From: Clostridiaceae bacterium | Lineage (GTDB): Bacteria; Bacillota; Clostridia; Oscillospirales; QAMX01 | Length of the DNA: 64,000 nucleotides | Reading direction: 5' to 3' | Assembly: GCA_018384365.1 (NCBI GenBank) | Contig: JAHAYX010000001.1 | Location: 101,678-165,677 of the forward strand | Shown: positions 27,942-36,717 of the stretch, piece after piece | Layout: every line of letters begins with the position of its first letter | How positions within the stretch are numbered: position 1 is the first letter of the stretch | Made by a program: the position numbers and the translations under genes | Notes under the pieces: generated by a model | Database searches by the model: none | What the model saw: the letters and a program-made list of their open reading frames with translations, nothing else | What the model was told of the DNA's origin: nothing

Positions 27942-30410
27942 TTATCTCTGTTCGTTGACGTAAATACTTGCGCGGCTCTGGATGATGGCCGCGACATCCT
28001 GTGCGGTCTTCTGGCCTTCAAAGAAAGCCTGTGCCTCTTCGGCGATGATGTCGTAAATATCCTGATCAAACGCGCTTGCACCGCTGGCGTTGTTGATCAG
28101 TTCCACAATCTGATCCACATCCTCCTGCGTGGCGGCATACATTTCCACTTCTATGCCGTCATCAATCCACCAGGAGCCGTGGGAGACTTCCACTTCGTTG
28201 CCGTTTTCATCGGTGCCCATCTGCTTTTCCATGGCCTGCGCAACCATCTGGTCAAATGCCTTCTGGTTGGTCGGGAAACGCCAGCCATAATGGTCTTCCG
28301 TCTGGTATTCCTCCGTGAAGAGGTAACGGACGAAGGACCAGGCCGCATCCTTGTTGGCGCAGGTAGAAGAAATGGCAAGGCCGTCGGAGAACTGGGCAAT
28401 GCTGCCGCTGCCGGAGGAGGTCGGGAAGCCTACGAACGTGATGTCGCCGCCGAATACCTGTTTGTACACCCGGAATTCGTCAAAGTCGGCAACCGTCGTG
28501 TTGGCCAGCATGACTTTGCCTTCCATGATCTGCTTATACAGGCTGACATATTCGTAATTGTCGTCGTAGTTGATCTCGGCCGGGAAGGTTTTTACAAACT
28601 CCAGAAGCTGTATAAACTCCTCGTTATTGAAATCGCACTTGCCCGTTTCCCAATCTACATAATTGCTTTGGTTCATCGAGCAGATATAAAAGAGCAGATT
28701 GTCGCGCGTTGTATCGCAGAAGGCCATGGCGCCCTCCGGCATTTTGGCAAGAGCCGCCTTCAGATCGCTGACTGTCCAGCCCATTTTATCGCCGACGATT
28801 TTCTCTGCGCCGATCACTGTTTCAATATAGAAGCTGGAGGCTGCCTGGTAAATACCGCCGTTGACTTCCAGCGCACGCAGCGCGCCGGGCACAATGGCAT
28901 CCGTGCCCAGTTCGGGATCCGACTCGATATACGGCTTCAGATCCTCAAGCAGGCCGCGGGCAATATAGCGGTTGATGGGCAGACCGGAGGTTGCAAGGAT
29001 ATCCGGCACCTTACCCGAAATGATCTCCGTCGTCAGCTTGGTCTGTCCGGCGGTGTAGTCGTCCTCCGTGTTGAATGTGGAATAATCCACCACGTTAATG
29101 CGGTAGCGGTCGCTTGCCTTGTTGAACTCAATGATCTTTGCGCGCACGTCATAGTTCAGCCACATACAGGCAAAGGTCAAGATTTCCTTCTCCGGAATGG
29201 TGGAGGGATCCGCCTTGGTCAGCGTGACAACCTCGACATTGGTGCGATCGTTCTTCCAGCTGGTGCTGATGCCGATAATACGGCCGTCATCCAGCGGGAT
29301 AATGCTTTGCAGCTCGTCTGAATTGATGTCGCTGTTGATCCAGTTGACCAGCTGTGTGGCCGTTTCGGTTTCTATCTGATAACCATAGAGCGAATAGCCG
29401 TCGTTATAGTAATAATCGTAGTCCCCGCCGCCGTTGATCAGGTAATAAATATTACCGGGAACCGGGAGATCGTCACCGAAGGCCTTCGCAGCCGTATCAA
29501 TTCTGCTCAGGACATAGCTCCCCGCGCCTTCGCTGTAATACATGGCGGCAACCGTGCCGTCTTTCAGTCTGACAAGCTGGTTAATCGATCCGTTTTCCAG
29601 GGGAACGGTGCACAGCATTGCGCCCGTTTCATCTACCACATAGACGCCGTTTTCCTCGCCGCCCGTGATATACAGCATCCCGCTGGCGTCCACCAGGAAA
29701 TTGTTGACATAGAAATACTGCTGTTCTCCGTAGATCTGGGAAAGGTCCACCGTGACCAGGGTTGCGCCCGTTTCATCCAGTTTGCGGATCAAATACTGGT
29801 TTCCGTCGTCAAAGTAGGTTCCGTTTTCGTCATAGTGCCAGGCATACATCTCTTCATAGACCCAGATGTTCCCGCTGCCGTCCACACACAAGCTGTTGAT
29901 GTAGCTGCTGCCCTGGGAACCCTCCGGAATCGAGGTCTGTTCGAAATTCTCCAGTCGTTTGAAGTCCGAGCCATCCGGATTGGCACTGCAAAGTGCCGGT
30001 TCGGTCTGGTCGTACTCGTACTTTTCGACATACTCGCCGTTTGCGATCTTTTCCTCGTCCGTGATAAGGTTCCAGTCCTCGTCATAATACTCCGTCACCT
30101 TGCCGGTTACCATCCACGCAATCATGTAGAGCCTTCCGTTTGCGTAGGTCAGCTGATCCAGGTTCTGGATTTCCTCGTCCGTCGTCAGCTTCTGATAAGC
30201 CGCCGTGTAAACAAAGTCCTTATACGAATCATCGGACGCGGCGTTTCCCTTATTGTCTTTGTTGCCGCTGTTGTCCTTGTTCCCGGACTCCGACGCATTT
30301 GTGCCGTTTTCGGCAGAATTGTTTTCCGTTTTGCTGCAGGCAGCCAGCGGCAAAACAAGCAGCAGCACCGCAAGCAGCAGTGCAGTCATTCTGAGTAATT
30401 TTCTCTTCAT
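27942..30410 (-). CDS. Lipoprotein: N-terminal beta-propeller-like domain fused to a family-1 extracellular solute-binding domain
   Basis: Lipobox LAAC. About 390 aa with recurring blade-like strands (DGSGNIWVY, ASGMLYITG, DGTVAAMYY, DDGRIIGIS), then a typical binding-protein body. Start at MKRKLL after a duplicated AAGGAGACTAC. Confidence 0.75.
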   Translation of the reverse strand: MKRKLLRMTALLLAVLLLVLPLAACSKTENNSAENGTNASESGNKDNSGNKDNKGNAASDDSYKDFVYTAAYQKLTTDEEIQNLDQLTYANGRLYMIAWMVTGKVTEYYDEDWNLITDEEKIANGEYVEKYEYDQTEPALCSANPDGSDFKRLENFEQTSIPEGSQGSSYINSLCVDGSGNIWVYEEMYAWHYDENGTYFDDGNQYLIRKLDETGATLVTVDLSQIYGEQQYFYVNNFLVDASGMLYITGGEENGVYVVDETGAMLCTVPLENGSINQLVRLKDGTVAAMYYSEGAGSYVLSRIDTAAKAFGDDLPVPGNIYYLINGGGDYDYYYNDGYSLYGYQIETETATQLVNWINSDINSDELQSIIPLDDGRIIGISTSWKNDRTNVEVVTLTKADPSTIPEKEILTFACMWLNYDVRAKIIEFNKASDRYRINVVDYSTFNTEDDYTAGQTKLTTEIISGKVPDILATSGLPINRYIARGLLEDLKPYIESDPELGTDAIVPGALRALEVNGGIYQAASSFYIETVIGAEKIVGDKMGWTVSDLKAALAKMPEGAMAFCDTTRDNLLFYICSMNQSNYVDWETGKCDFNNEEFIQLLEFVKTFPAEINYDDNYEYVSLYKQIMEGKVMLANTTVADFDEFRVYKQVFGGDITFVGFPTSSGSGSIAQFSDGLAISSTCANKDAAWSFVRYLFTEEYQTEDHYGWRFPTNQKAFDQMVAQAMEKQMGTDENGNEVEVSHGSWWIDDGIEVEMYAATQEDVDQIVELINNASGASAFDQDIYDIIAEEAQAFFEGQKTAQDVAAIIQSRASIYVNEQR

Positions 30411-30735
30411 AGTAGTCTCCTTGTAGTCTCCTTGCTGAAATTTTTCAAACTGGGCCGAACGGCCTTTTGTCAATCACAATATTAGACGCAAGCCATACCA
30501 AAAAGTTTCAGGCATCCAAAAAAGAAATCAGTTTGCAGATGGGCCTCTTTCATTATATCACAGGCAAGCCGAAAAGCCATATTGCCCCCGGTTATTTTTT
30601 TCTTAAATTTTTCTAACAGAGCACCTGCTCTTCCGCAATATCCTTGATTTACGCAGGTTTCCGTTATTTTCATGAATTTCTTTCAAAAAAGCAGACAAAT
30701 ACTAATGGCAAACAGGGAAAAAGGAGTTGTTTTTG

Positions 30736-33063
30736 ATGAAAGCTGTCATACTGGCCGGCGGCGAAGGTGCCAGGCTGCGGCCGCTGAGCTGCGGCACGCC
30801 AAAACCCATGACAAGGCTGTTTGACCGACCCATCATGGAACACACGCTCAACCTTCTGCGTAAAAACGGCATTACGGACATTGCCGTGACGCTTTGCTAT
30901 ATGCCGCATGTCTTTGAGGAATACTTCGGCGACGGAAGCCGCTGGGGCGTCAGCCTTCGTTATTATTATGAAACGACCCCTCTGGGTACGGCCGGCGGCA
31001 CGGCGGCCTGCCGCGATTTTCTGGACGGTGATTTTTTGGTCATCTCCGGTGACGCAGTCTGCGATTTCGATTTCGCGCCGCTTTTTGCATTTCACCGGCA
31101 GAGCCACGCCGAGGTGACGGTGGTGCTTTCCCGCCAAAGCAACCCGCTGGGCTATGGCCTGGTGCTGACCGGACAGGGCGGCAGGGTTTCACGCTTTATC
31201 GAAAAGCCCTCGTGGGACAGTGTTTTTACGGATACGGCCAATACCGGCATCTATATTCTCTCCCCCGCCGTTCTGCAGCAGGTGCCGCCGGGCAAAAAAG
31301 TCGATTTTGCGCACGACCTGTTTCCCCGCCTGCTGGCGGAGGGACGTGCCGTCTGTGCCGTGGCTGCTGACGGCTACTGGTGCGACGTCGGCAATTCCGG
31401 CGCCTATCTCACCTGCGTCCGGGACGCCCTGGCGGGGCGGGTCCGGCTGGAACTGCCTCCCGCGGAACGCGGGATCCGCGCGCTTTCCCCCATTCCCGCC
31501 GATGCGGTTGTCTCTCCGCCGGTTTATATCGGTGAAAACGTCACAATCGGGGAAGGCGCGCACATCGGGCCCTATACCGTGCTGGGGGAAGGCACGCGGG
31601 TCGGACGGGACGCCCGCGTGACCGGAAGCGCTGCAAACGGCGCCGTAATCGGCGCGAATGCACGCCTGCGCGACAGCATTGTCTGCCGCGGTGCGGAGAT
31701 CGGCGTGGGCGCCGTTTTGCAGGATGGCTGCGTCGTGGGCGAAAAAGCCGTCATCGGCGCGGGCGCACGCCTGCATGCCGGCGTTCTGGTCTGGCCGGAA
31801 AAGGCCTGTGCCGCGGATGCGGACGTCCGCTTCAACATCACATCCCGCTCCCCGTGCGAGCCGCCGGCATTTTGGGACGGTTCCGCCGTCTCCGGCGAGC
31901 CGGACGGGATGCTCACGCCGGAGTTCTGCACCTCGCTCGGCATTGCCGCGGCAATGACCTGTGGTCAGGCAGCCCGGATCGGCATCGGCTGTGAAAATGT
32001 CCCCGCTTGCGGGATGCTGGCCTCCGCGCTGGAATGTGGCATCCGTGCAGGGGGCGCGCGCGCCGTCCGCTGCGGCGGCAGCTTTGCGGCGGCAGCCGCC
32101 TTCGCGTCGCGGTATGCGTCGTTCGCGCTGTGTTTCTTCGTGTATTGCAGCGGGGAACAGATCACCGTGCGCCTGTTTGACGCGGACGGTCTGCCCCCGG
32201 AGCGGGAACACATCCGAAAGATCGAGCTGACCCTGCGCCAGGGGGATTTTTCCCGCGCGCCGTTTGGAAAAACAGGCCGCGTGATGAAGCTGAGCGGCCT
32301 GATGGACGTCTACTGCCGCAGCGCCACCTCCCACGGAGATGCACGCGGCAGAAGTTATGCCGTGCGTGCCTCCGCCGCTTCGCCCGCGTTATGCAACACA
32401 CTGTGGCTGATGGGTGCGCGCATTGCGCCGCGCGGCGAGGGCCGCGCCGTGTTTGAGCCCTCCGATGACGGGCTTTCCCTGCGGATCACGGATGAGACCG
32501 GACATCTGCTCGACGACGGGCAGACCATGGCCTGCGCGGCCTATGCGGCGCTGGAGTCCGGCGGCGAGCTGGCCGTTCCGTTTGAGGCGCCGGCAGTTTT
32601 TGATACGATGGCCGAAGGCTTCGGCAAACGGGTTTACCGCGTTGGGCGCGACGGCATACCTGCCCGACAGCTCTGGGCGGCGCAGACCTTCCTGCGTGAC
32701 GGCGTCCACCGCGCCGCGTACCTCGCAGCTTACACTGCCGCGCGCGGCATGACCATCGCCGGACTTGCTGAAAAGGTGCCGCATTTCCACACCGAAGCCC
32801 GCGAAATCCCCCTTGCCTCTGACCGGGCACGCTTCATGCGCGTCCTCTCGGACAGCTTTGACCGCAGCTGCCCCGAATACGGGCACGGTATGCGCGTACA
32901 CATCGACGGCGGCTGGATCACGATTGCGCCGTCCGCGCGCAGCTGCGCCATCCGGATCTGTGCGGAAAGCAGCGCGGCCGAGCTGGCGCACGAACTGTGC
33001 GAGGGCGTGTGCGAACGTGTGCGGCAGCTTGACAGCGATATAAAACGCCGAAAAACCGTCTGA
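30736..33063 (+). CDS. Sugar-phosphate nucleotidyltransferase fused to LbH and phosphohexomutase-like domains
   Basis: N-terminus MKAVILAGGEGARLRPLSCGTPKPM (NTP-transferase G-loop), hexapeptide-repeat region and a C-terminal alpha-D-phosphohexomutase-like region. Confidence 0.75.
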   Translation: MKAVILAGGEGARLRPLSCGTPKPMTRLFDRPIMEHTLNLLRKNGITDIAVTLCYMPHVFEEYFGDGSRWGVSLRYYYETTPLGTAGGTAACRDFLDGDFLVISGDAVCDFDFAPLFAFHRQSHAEVTVVLSRQSNPLGYGLVLTGQGGRVSRFIEKPSWDSVFTDTANTGIYILSPAVLQQVPPGKKVDFAHDLFPRLLAEGRAVCAVAADGYWCDVGNSGAYLTCVRDALAGRVRLELPPAERGIRALSPIPADAVVSPPVYIGENVTIGEGAHIGPYTVLGEGTRVGRDARVTGSAANGAVIGANARLRDSIVCRGAEIGVGAVLQDGCVVGEKAVIGAGARLHAGVLVWPEKACAADADVRFNITSRSPCEPPAFWDGSAVSGEPDGMLTPEFCTSLGIAAAMTCGQAARIGIGCENVPACGMLASALECGIRAGGARAVRCGGSFAAAAAFASRYASFALCFFVYCSGEQITVRLFDADGLPPEREHIRKIELTLRQGDFSRAPFGKTGRVMKLSGLMDVYCRSATSHGDARGRSYAVRASAASPALCNTLWLMGARIAPRGEGRAVFEPSDDGLSLRITDETGHLLDDGQTMACAAYAALESGGELAVPFEAPAVFDTMAEGFGKRVYRVGRDGIPARQLWAAQTFLRDGVHRAAYLAAYTAARGMTIAGLAEKVPHFHTEAREIPLASDRARFMRVLSDSFDRSCPEYGHGMRVHIDGGWITIAPSARSCAIRICAESSAAELAHELCEGVCERVRQLDSDIKRRKTV

Positions 33064-33140
33064 CCGGTTTCTTCTCTTGTGGGGATTTTCCATGAATTTT
33101 CAATGGTGTTTAAAAAAAGCGTGTATTTTCCCTTCCGATG

Positions 33141-33149
33141 TGTTATAAT
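33141..33149 (+). promoter_or_regulatory. Possible extended -10 promoter upstream of rnj
   Basis: TGtTATAAT preceded by an A-rich tract, with no good -35. It would give a ~225-nt GC-rich leader. Confidence 0.4.
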
Positions 33150-33380
33150 ACCTTTCGATGACAGGGACATGTGAAGCGCCGGGCGCGCCTCTCACATGAC
33201 GACGGATGATGATTCCGGGCGCAGCGTGCCGCTTGCTTGGGCGGTACCGGCTGCGTCCTACATAGGCTGCTTGCGGAAAAGGAAACCGCAGGCTTACTTT
33301 TGTTGTGCCGCAATTCGCCCTGCGGCCGGTTTTGTCATACACGAGTGATTTGATTTTTTACAGCATTTGAAAGGACAATT

Positions 33381-35117
33381 ATGGCAGAAAAGAATAAAAC
33401 CGAAAAAATCCAGAAGGAAAAGGTTAAGAAAACCGAGAAAACAAAGACAGAAAAGACAAAAAACGAAAAATTGAAGATCATCCCGCTCGGCGGGCTGAAT
33501 GAAATCGGAAAAAACATGACGGCCATCGAGTATGGCAGCGATATTATCGTGATTGACTGCGGCGTCGCGTTCCCGGACGAGGAAATGCTGGGCGTGGACC
33601 TGGTCATCCCGGATACGACGTATCTGGAGAAGAATGAAAAGAAAGTGCGCGCCATTTTCCTGACGCACGGTCACGAGGATCACATTGGCGCACTGCCCTA
33701 CGTACTGAAAAAGCTCAACGTGCCGGTTTACGGCACGACGCTGACGCTCGGTCTGGTGGAAACCAAGCTGGCCGAGCACAAACTTTTGCAGAGCACGCAG
33801 CTCCACCGCGTCGCGCTTGGCGATACCGTGCGCATGGGCTGCTTCATCGTGGAATTTATCCGCACGAACCACTCTCTGGCAGACTCCGCGGCGCTTGCCA
33901 TCAATACGCCGCTGGGCGCGCTGATTTTCACAAGCGACTTCAAGATTGACCCCACGCCGGTCGCGGGCGAGATCACGGATCTGACCCGCTTCGGCGAATA
34001 CGGCAACAACGGCGTCCTGCTGCTGATGCAGGATTCCACCAATGTCGAGCGCCCCGGTTATACGGTCAGCGAGAAAAAGGTCGGCGAGACCTTTGACTCC
34101 ATCATGAAAAACTCCGACAAGCGCATTATTATCGCAACTTTTGCATCAAACGTCCACCGTGTCCAGCAGATTCTCGACATTGCGGCAAAATACAAGCGCA
34201 AAGTGGCCGTTTCCGGCCGCAGCATGGAAAATGTCATCGCCGTTGCAAGCAAGCTGGGCTATTTGAACGTTCCCGAAAACACCCTGATCGAGCTTTCTGC
34301 TCTGAGCCGCCATCCCAAGCACAAAACTGTCATCATTACAACGGGCAGCCAGGGTGAACCCATGTCGGCGCTTTACCGCATGGCATTTTCCGGGCATAAA
34401 CAGGTGGAGGTGGGCCCCGGCGACCAGGTCGTCATTGCGGCATCCCCCATCCCGGGCAACGAGAATTCCGTTTACCGCATGATCAACGAGCTCTTTAAAA
34501 AAGGCGCGGAGGTTGTTTATGACCGTCTGGCGGACATTCACGCCTCCGGTCACGCCTGCCAGGAGGAGCTCAAAATCATCCTTGCTCTCACCCGGCCGAA
34601 ATACTTCATGCCTGTCCATGGCGAGCACCGCCATCTGGTCAAGCACAGCGAGCTGGCGCAGACCATGGGCATCGACCCGAAAAACATCTTCATCAGCGAC
34701 ATCGGCAAGGTGTTGGAGATTTCCGCCAAGGGCGCACGCTTCTCCGGTACGGTACCTTCCGGCAAGATCCTGATCGACGGGCTCTCCGTCGGCGACGTCG
34801 GCAGCGTGGTGCTGCGTGACCGCAAGCATCTGGCGCAGGACGGCCTGATCGCCGTGATTATCACGCTCGACGGTACAACCGGCCAGCTGATGACCAGTCC
34901 CGAAATCGTCACGCGCGGCTTTGTGTATGTCAAGGAATCCGAAGACATGATGAGCGACCTGAAAAATGCCGCCCGCACGGCGCTGGAGCGCTGTGCAGGC
35001 GAGGATGTCCACGACTGGGCGAGTCTGAAGTCCTCCGTCAAAAAGGATGTTTCCAATCTCATCTATTCCAAGACCAAGCGCAGTCCGATGATCCTGCCCA
35101 TCATCACAGAAGTCTAA
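33381..35117 (+). CDS. rnj: Ribonuclease J with a ~30-aa K/E-rich N-terminal extension
   Basis: Metallo-beta-lactamase motif LTHGHEDHIGALP, beta-CASP region and a C-terminal domain. Core N-terminus KIIPLGGLNEIGKNMT. Confidence 0.95.
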   Translation: MAEKNKTEKIQKEKVKKTEKTKTEKTKNEKLKIIPLGGLNEIGKNMTAIEYGSDIIVIDCGVAFPDEEMLGVDLVIPDTTYLEKNEKKVRAIFLTHGHEDHIGALPYVLKKLNVPVYGTTLTLGLVETKLAEHKLLQSTQLHRVALGDTVRMGCFIVEFIRTNHSLADSAALAINTPLGALIFTSDFKIDPTPVAGEITDLTRFGEYGNNGVLLLMQDSTNVERPGYTVSEKKVGETFDSIMKNSDKRIIIATFASNVHRVQQILDIAAKYKRKVAVSGRSMENVIAVASKLGYLNVPENTLIELSALSRHPKHKTVIITTGSQGEPMSALYRMAFSGHKQVEVGPGDQVVIAASPIPGNENSVYRMINELFKKGAEVVYDRLADIHASGHACQEELKIILALTRPKYFMPVHGEHRHLVKHSELAQTMGIDPKNIFISDIGKVLEISAKGARFSGTVPSGKILIDGLSVGDVGSVVLRDRKHLAQDGLIAVIITLDGTTGQLMTSPEIVTRGFVYVKESEDMMSDLKNAARTALERCAGEDVHDWASLKSSVKKDVSNLIYSKTKRSPMILPIITEV

Positions 35118-35125
35118 ACAGCCAA

Positions 35126-35163
35126 AAGCTGCATACCCATTTGGGGTATGCAGCTTTTTTTCT
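35126..35163. terminator. Bidirectional terminator between rnj and dpaB
   Basis: Stem GCTGCATACCC/GGGTATGCAGC flanked by an A-run and a T-run. Confidence 0.85.
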
Positions 35164-35193
35164 TTTCGCCTCCGCTTTGCGCCACAGCGGAGA

Positions 35194-35769
35194 TCAGCCG
35201 ATAATCGGTTCGATCTGACGGCCTTCGAGCGCTTCCGCCACCGTTTCCGGAATCAATTCCATCCGTGCCACAATCGAACGCGGTTTTTTCACGGGATCAT
35301 CCTGCGTCATGGGCACAAAGTAATAGCCGCGCCGGTTTAAAAGCGCGCCGATATTGGCCGCATTGGCGGCCAGCGCGTCGTTTGAGGACACCGCGATCAC
35401 GACGGGCCGTTCATTGCGCAGATGCGCCTTGGCTGCCAGCGTGACGGCGCTGTCCGCGATGCCGGACGCAAGCTTGCCGAGCGTATTTCCCGTGCAGGGC
35501 GCGATGACCAGCACATCCAGCAGCTTTTTCGGGCCGATCGGTTCCGCATCATGGATTGTTTTGATGACGGGACGGCCGCACGCACGAACCAGACGTGCCT
35601 CGAAATCCTCCGCGCGGCCAAACCGGGTGTCCGTGGCGGCGGAAACTTCACTCATAATCGGATAAACATCCATGCCTGCGACGGTCATCCCCTCCAATAC
35701 GCCGATCACCCGCTCAAACGTGCAAAATGAACCGCACAGGGCAAACCCGATGCGTGGATTTCTTATCAT
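35194..35769 (-). CDS. dpaB: Dipicolinate synthase subunit B
   Basis: Flavoprotein-like N-terminus IGFALCGSFCTF. ATGA overlap with dpaA. Start set at MIRNPRIGF. Confidence 0.85.
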   Translation of the reverse strand: MIRNPRIGFALCGSFCTFERVIGVLEGMTVAGMDVYPIMSEVSAATDTRFGRAEDFEARLVRACGRPVIKTIHDAEPIGPKKLLDVLVIAPCTGNTLGKLASGIADSAVTLAAKAHLRNERPVVIAVSSNDALAANAANIGALLNRRGYYFVPMTQDDPVKKPRSIVARMELIPETVAEALEGRQIEPIIG

Positions 35770-36587
35770 GTACACTCCTCCATAATCTGATAAAGGCTGT
35801 CGCGCACATATCCCGCCGCGGCGCGCGGCGCCGTTTTGGCGGGCAGCGACAACGCCCATTCCACCCGGCGTCCCAATTCCCGTGCCGCAGCGAAATCCAC
35901 ACCGCCGGGCTTTGATGCGAGATCCACCACCAGCGCCGTCGGTTGGAGCTTCCGCAGGGCCTCCGCGCCCAGTACCGGGGCCGGAACGGTATTGAACACC
36001 AGATCAAACTGCGTGATTTCCGCCGTAATCCCGGCTGTCTGCACGGCGGTATAGCCGTCTGCGCGGATCCAGGCAAGATCCGCCGTGCGTCTTGCGCTCA
36101 CCGTCACCCGCGCGCCGAGCAGCGCCAGCTTCCGCGCCAGCAGCTTACCGATTCTGCCGTACCCGATTACCAGGCAGGACGCGCTCTGCAGCGTGCCCTG
36201 TGTTTCCAGAATCGCCAGGCCGATGGCGCCCTCCGCGGTGGCCAACGCATTTGCGATGGCAAACTCCTCCCGTTTTGTATAGTCGAAAAGCGCCACACCG
36301 CGCATTTCCGCCATGCCGTAAAGCTCCGCCGGAATCCGTCCGCCCGCCGCCACGCTTCCGTGCCGCATATGCAAAAAAAGCCCGGATGCGGAAAGTCCCT
36401 CCGCAACCGTTCCGTCCTCCCGGCAGGCCGGCAGCGGAAACACCGTCAAATCCGCCTCCCCGATCCTCGAAAGGCCGCTTGTGTCCTCAATCAGGAAGCT
36501 GTCCTGTCCGTCCGCCGCCAGCAGTTCGGCCAGCAGCTCCTGTCTTTTGTCCCCGCCGACAACGGCGATTTTGAACCTGTCTTTCAT
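35766..36587 (-). CDS. dpaA: Dipicolinate synthase subunit A
   Basis: Dehydrogenase-like protein with the NAD-binding loop VIGYGRIGK. Paired with dpaB. Confidence 0.85.
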   Translation of the reverse strand: MKDRFKIAVVGGDKRQELLAELLAADGQDSFLIEDTSGLSRIGEADLTVFPLPACREDGTVAEGLSASGLFLHMRHGSVAAGGRIPAELYGMAEMRGVALFDYTKREEFAIANALATAEGAIGLAILETQGTLQSASCLVIGYGRIGKLLARKLALLGARVTVSARRTADLAWIRADGYTAVQTAGITAEITQFDLVFNTVPAPVLGAEALRKLQPTALVVDLASKPGGVDFAAARELGRRVEWALSLPAKTAPRAAAGYVRDSLYQIMEECT

Positions 36588-36685
36588 TCCGTTTCTCCCT
36601 CCCGATACCGTACCACATGATATTCACGTTTTGCGTTTTGGGTGCAGGAAAGCAGCGGCCTTTTCCGCCGGAATGTGCCGACAGG

Positions 36686-36714
36686 AAAAAAGCGGCCTGG
36701 ATGGCCGCTTTTTT
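36686..36714. other. Orphan terminator-like hairpin in a divergent intergenic region
   Basis: AAAAA-AGCGGCC-tggat-GGCCGCT-TTTTT, with no convergent gene on either side. Confidence 0.5.
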
Positions 36715-36717
36715 CAA

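Noticed and set aside
30469-30474. TTGACA hexamer upstream of the propeller-binding-protein gene as its -35
   Set aside because: There is no acceptable -10 at 16-19 nt spacing. A better extended -10 (TGaTATAAT, minus strand at about 30552-30560) lies further upstream, so the TTGACA is probably inside the leader.
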